Assembly: GCA_046484135.1 (NCBI GenBank)
Contig: JAWOBU010000197.1
Location: 1-16,881, forward strand
DNA: 16,881 bases
DNA from: a bacterium
GTDB lineage: Bacteria > RBG-13-61-14 > DATKZS01
Direction of reading: 5' to 3'
In this document: in pieces, positions 15,502-16,881 of the stretch
Position numbering within the stretch: position 1 is the stretch's first letter
Layout of the letters: each line of letters opens with the position of its first letter
Position numbers and translations under genes: made by a program
Notes under the pieces: generated by a model
Databases searched by the model: none
The model's input: the letters and a program-made list of their open reading frames with translations, nothing else
Told to the model about the DNA's origin: nothing

Positions 15502-16668
15502 ATGGACAGGAACATTATCCATATTAATATTTCCGCTTTTCCGGTGGGGGTAGAGCGGGCGAAGGCCCCGGCGTTGCGGGAGCGGCCGGTGGCGGTGGCT
15601 GCGGAGGGCTCTTCCCGGGCCGTGGTGCTGGCCCTCTCCCGTGAGGCCTACCTGGAAGGGGTGGTAAAAGGAATGAGCGTGTCCCGCGCCCGCCGCGTCT
15701 GTCCGGGCCTACGGGTCATTCCCCCCGATTTTTCTCTCTACCAGCGGGCGGCCCGGGCCGTCTTCGACCACGTGAACCGCTACTCGCCGGAAGTCGAGCC
15801 GTGGCGGCCGGGCCACCTGCACGCGGACCTTACCGGCACCAGACGGCTGTTCGGCAGGCCGGTGGACGTCGCGGCCCGCCTGCAAGCCGAGCTCCGGGAC
15901 AGGTTCTCCCTCCGCAACACCGTGGGGGTCGCCGGCAACAAGCTGGTAAGCAGGGTGGCCTCCCGGGTGGTGCGGCCCCGAGGGGTGTGCGACGTGTTCG
16001 CCGGAGGGGAGGCCGGCTTCCTGGCTCCCCTGGACGTTTCCGTGTTGCCCGGAGTAGGACCCAAAACCAGGCAGACCCTGGCAGACCTCAATATCAACAC
16101 GGTGGGGGAAGTGGCCGCCATACCCCTGGAACAGCTTTACCTCGTCCTCGGAAGCCGGGCATCCACCATGCATCGGATGGCCCGCGGCATTGACGAGACG
16201 CCGGTGCGGACACCCCGCGCCGCTCCCTTGGTGCGGGAGGACGAGACCCTGGCGGAGGACACCAATAACCGCGACCGCGTCCTGGCGGTCCTCTACCTCC
16301 TCGCCGAGCGGGCCGGAAGGAGACTCCGCCACATGGAAAGCCGCGCCTCCGCCCTCGAGGTGGAAATCCTTTACACCGACCACGTCCGGGCCTGCCGGCA
16401 AGCACGCCTGTCAATACCAACCAACCTGGACCGGGAGATATTCGACGAAGCCGCTCGGCTCCTGGAGCGGGCCTGGACACGCCGCACCCGCCTGCGCTGC
16501 ATCGCGCTGGAAGCCGGCGACCTGGTGCACGGACCCGTACAGCTCGGGCTGTTCGACCAGAACCATGAAAAGGACCGAAACCTCTGCGCCGCACTGGACG
16601 CCGTGCGCGAGCGCTTCGGAGAAAAAGCCCTCCGCACCGGAAGGACAATTGACATTTTCAATCGGTAG
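15502..16668 (+). CDS. Y-family DNA polymerase homologue (DinB-like fold, catalytic carboxylates absent; ImuB-like accessory protein)
   Basis: DinB-like segments LRERPVAV, LSREAYLEGVVKGM, GVAGNKLVSRVAS, LPGVG, a little-finger region, the clamp motif QLGLF and the C-terminal LDAVRERFG. The active-site residues are substituted (see findings). The start is placed at ATG 15502. The track uses GTG 15487. Confidence 0.85.
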   Translation: MDRNIIHINISAFPVGVERAKAPALRERPVAVAAEGSSRAVVLALSREAYLEGVVKGMSVSRARRVCPGLRVIPPDFSLYQRAARAVFDHVNRYSPEVEPWRPGHLHADLTGTRRLFGRPVDVAARLQAELRDRFSLRNTVGVAGNKLVSRVASRVVRPRGVCDVFAGGEAGFLAPLDVSVLPGVGPKTRQTLADLNINTVGEVAAIPLEQLYLVLGSRASTMHRMARGIDETPVRTPRAAPLVREDETLAEDTNNRDRVLAVLYLLAERAGRRLRHMESRASALEVEILYTDHVRACRQARLSIPTNLDREIFDEAARLLERAWTRRTRLRCIALEAGDLVHGPVQLGLFDQNHEKDRNLCAALDAVRERFGEKALRTGRTIDIFNR

Positions 16669-16728
16669 GCGGGATGTTGAAGATTTTGCGAGTTCGCTTG
16701 GTGTTTAACGTGGCATTATTTCAGATCG

Positions 16729-16756
16729 GTAGCCCGGATAGCTCGTCTATCCGGGC
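16729..16756 (+). repeat. GTAG-type REP-like palindrome, possibly also a transcript-end hairpin
   Basis: GTAG (16729-16732) leads into a perfect 10-bp stem GCCCGGATAG-ctcgt-CTATCCGGGC (16732-16756). Only one copy is visible in the window. Confidence 0.5.
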
Positions 16757-16881
16757 ACCCCTGGGTGCAGGATGGTTTTTATTCCGGGGCAAGAGGATGG
16801 TTGGATAGTGAGGCGGGGGGTTGGAATGAAATTCGGGCGGGCCACTCTTCCTCCGTTACATCCTGCGGCTTTCGCCGCCCG

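Noticed and set aside
15487..16668. Calling the gene an active DNA polymerase IV (dinB)
   Set aside because: All three catalytic carboxylate positions are substituted.
1..16881. CRISPR arrays, tRNA/rRNA genes, transposases, integrases, or phage and defence genes
   Set aside because: I saw no spaced repeats, RNA gene signatures or mobile-element ORFs. The intergenic gaps are short and mostly explained by promoters.

Overview
A GC-rich bacterial chromosomal window whose gene order resembles the former Deltaproteobacteria (Desulfobacterota/Myxococcota-like; taxonomy is inference). From left to right: glyS (5' part, cut by the window edge) and glyQ on the minus strand; a large class A penicillin-binding protein (PBP1A) with insertions; a divergent plus-strand trio (glucosyl-3-phosphoglycerate synthase, a small TPR plus winged-helix-like protein, and a PAS-domain histidine-kinase homologue that has lost its catalytic motifs); the type IV pilus cluster pilB-pilT-pilC-pilS-pilR on the minus strand with no pilA after pilR; and a divergent lexA plus a catalytically dead DinB-like (ImuB-type) Y-family gene, followed by a GTAG-REP-like hairpin. 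Most of the window is conserved housekeeping or pilus machinery. The best candidates for something undescribed are (1) the TPR/wHTH plus PAS-pseudokinase pair facing pilR where pilA normally lies, and (2) the lexA plus inactive polymerase cassette lacking imuA, with an unusual repeat (candidate SOS box) over the lexA promoter. All family calls come from reading motifs by eye. No searches were run.
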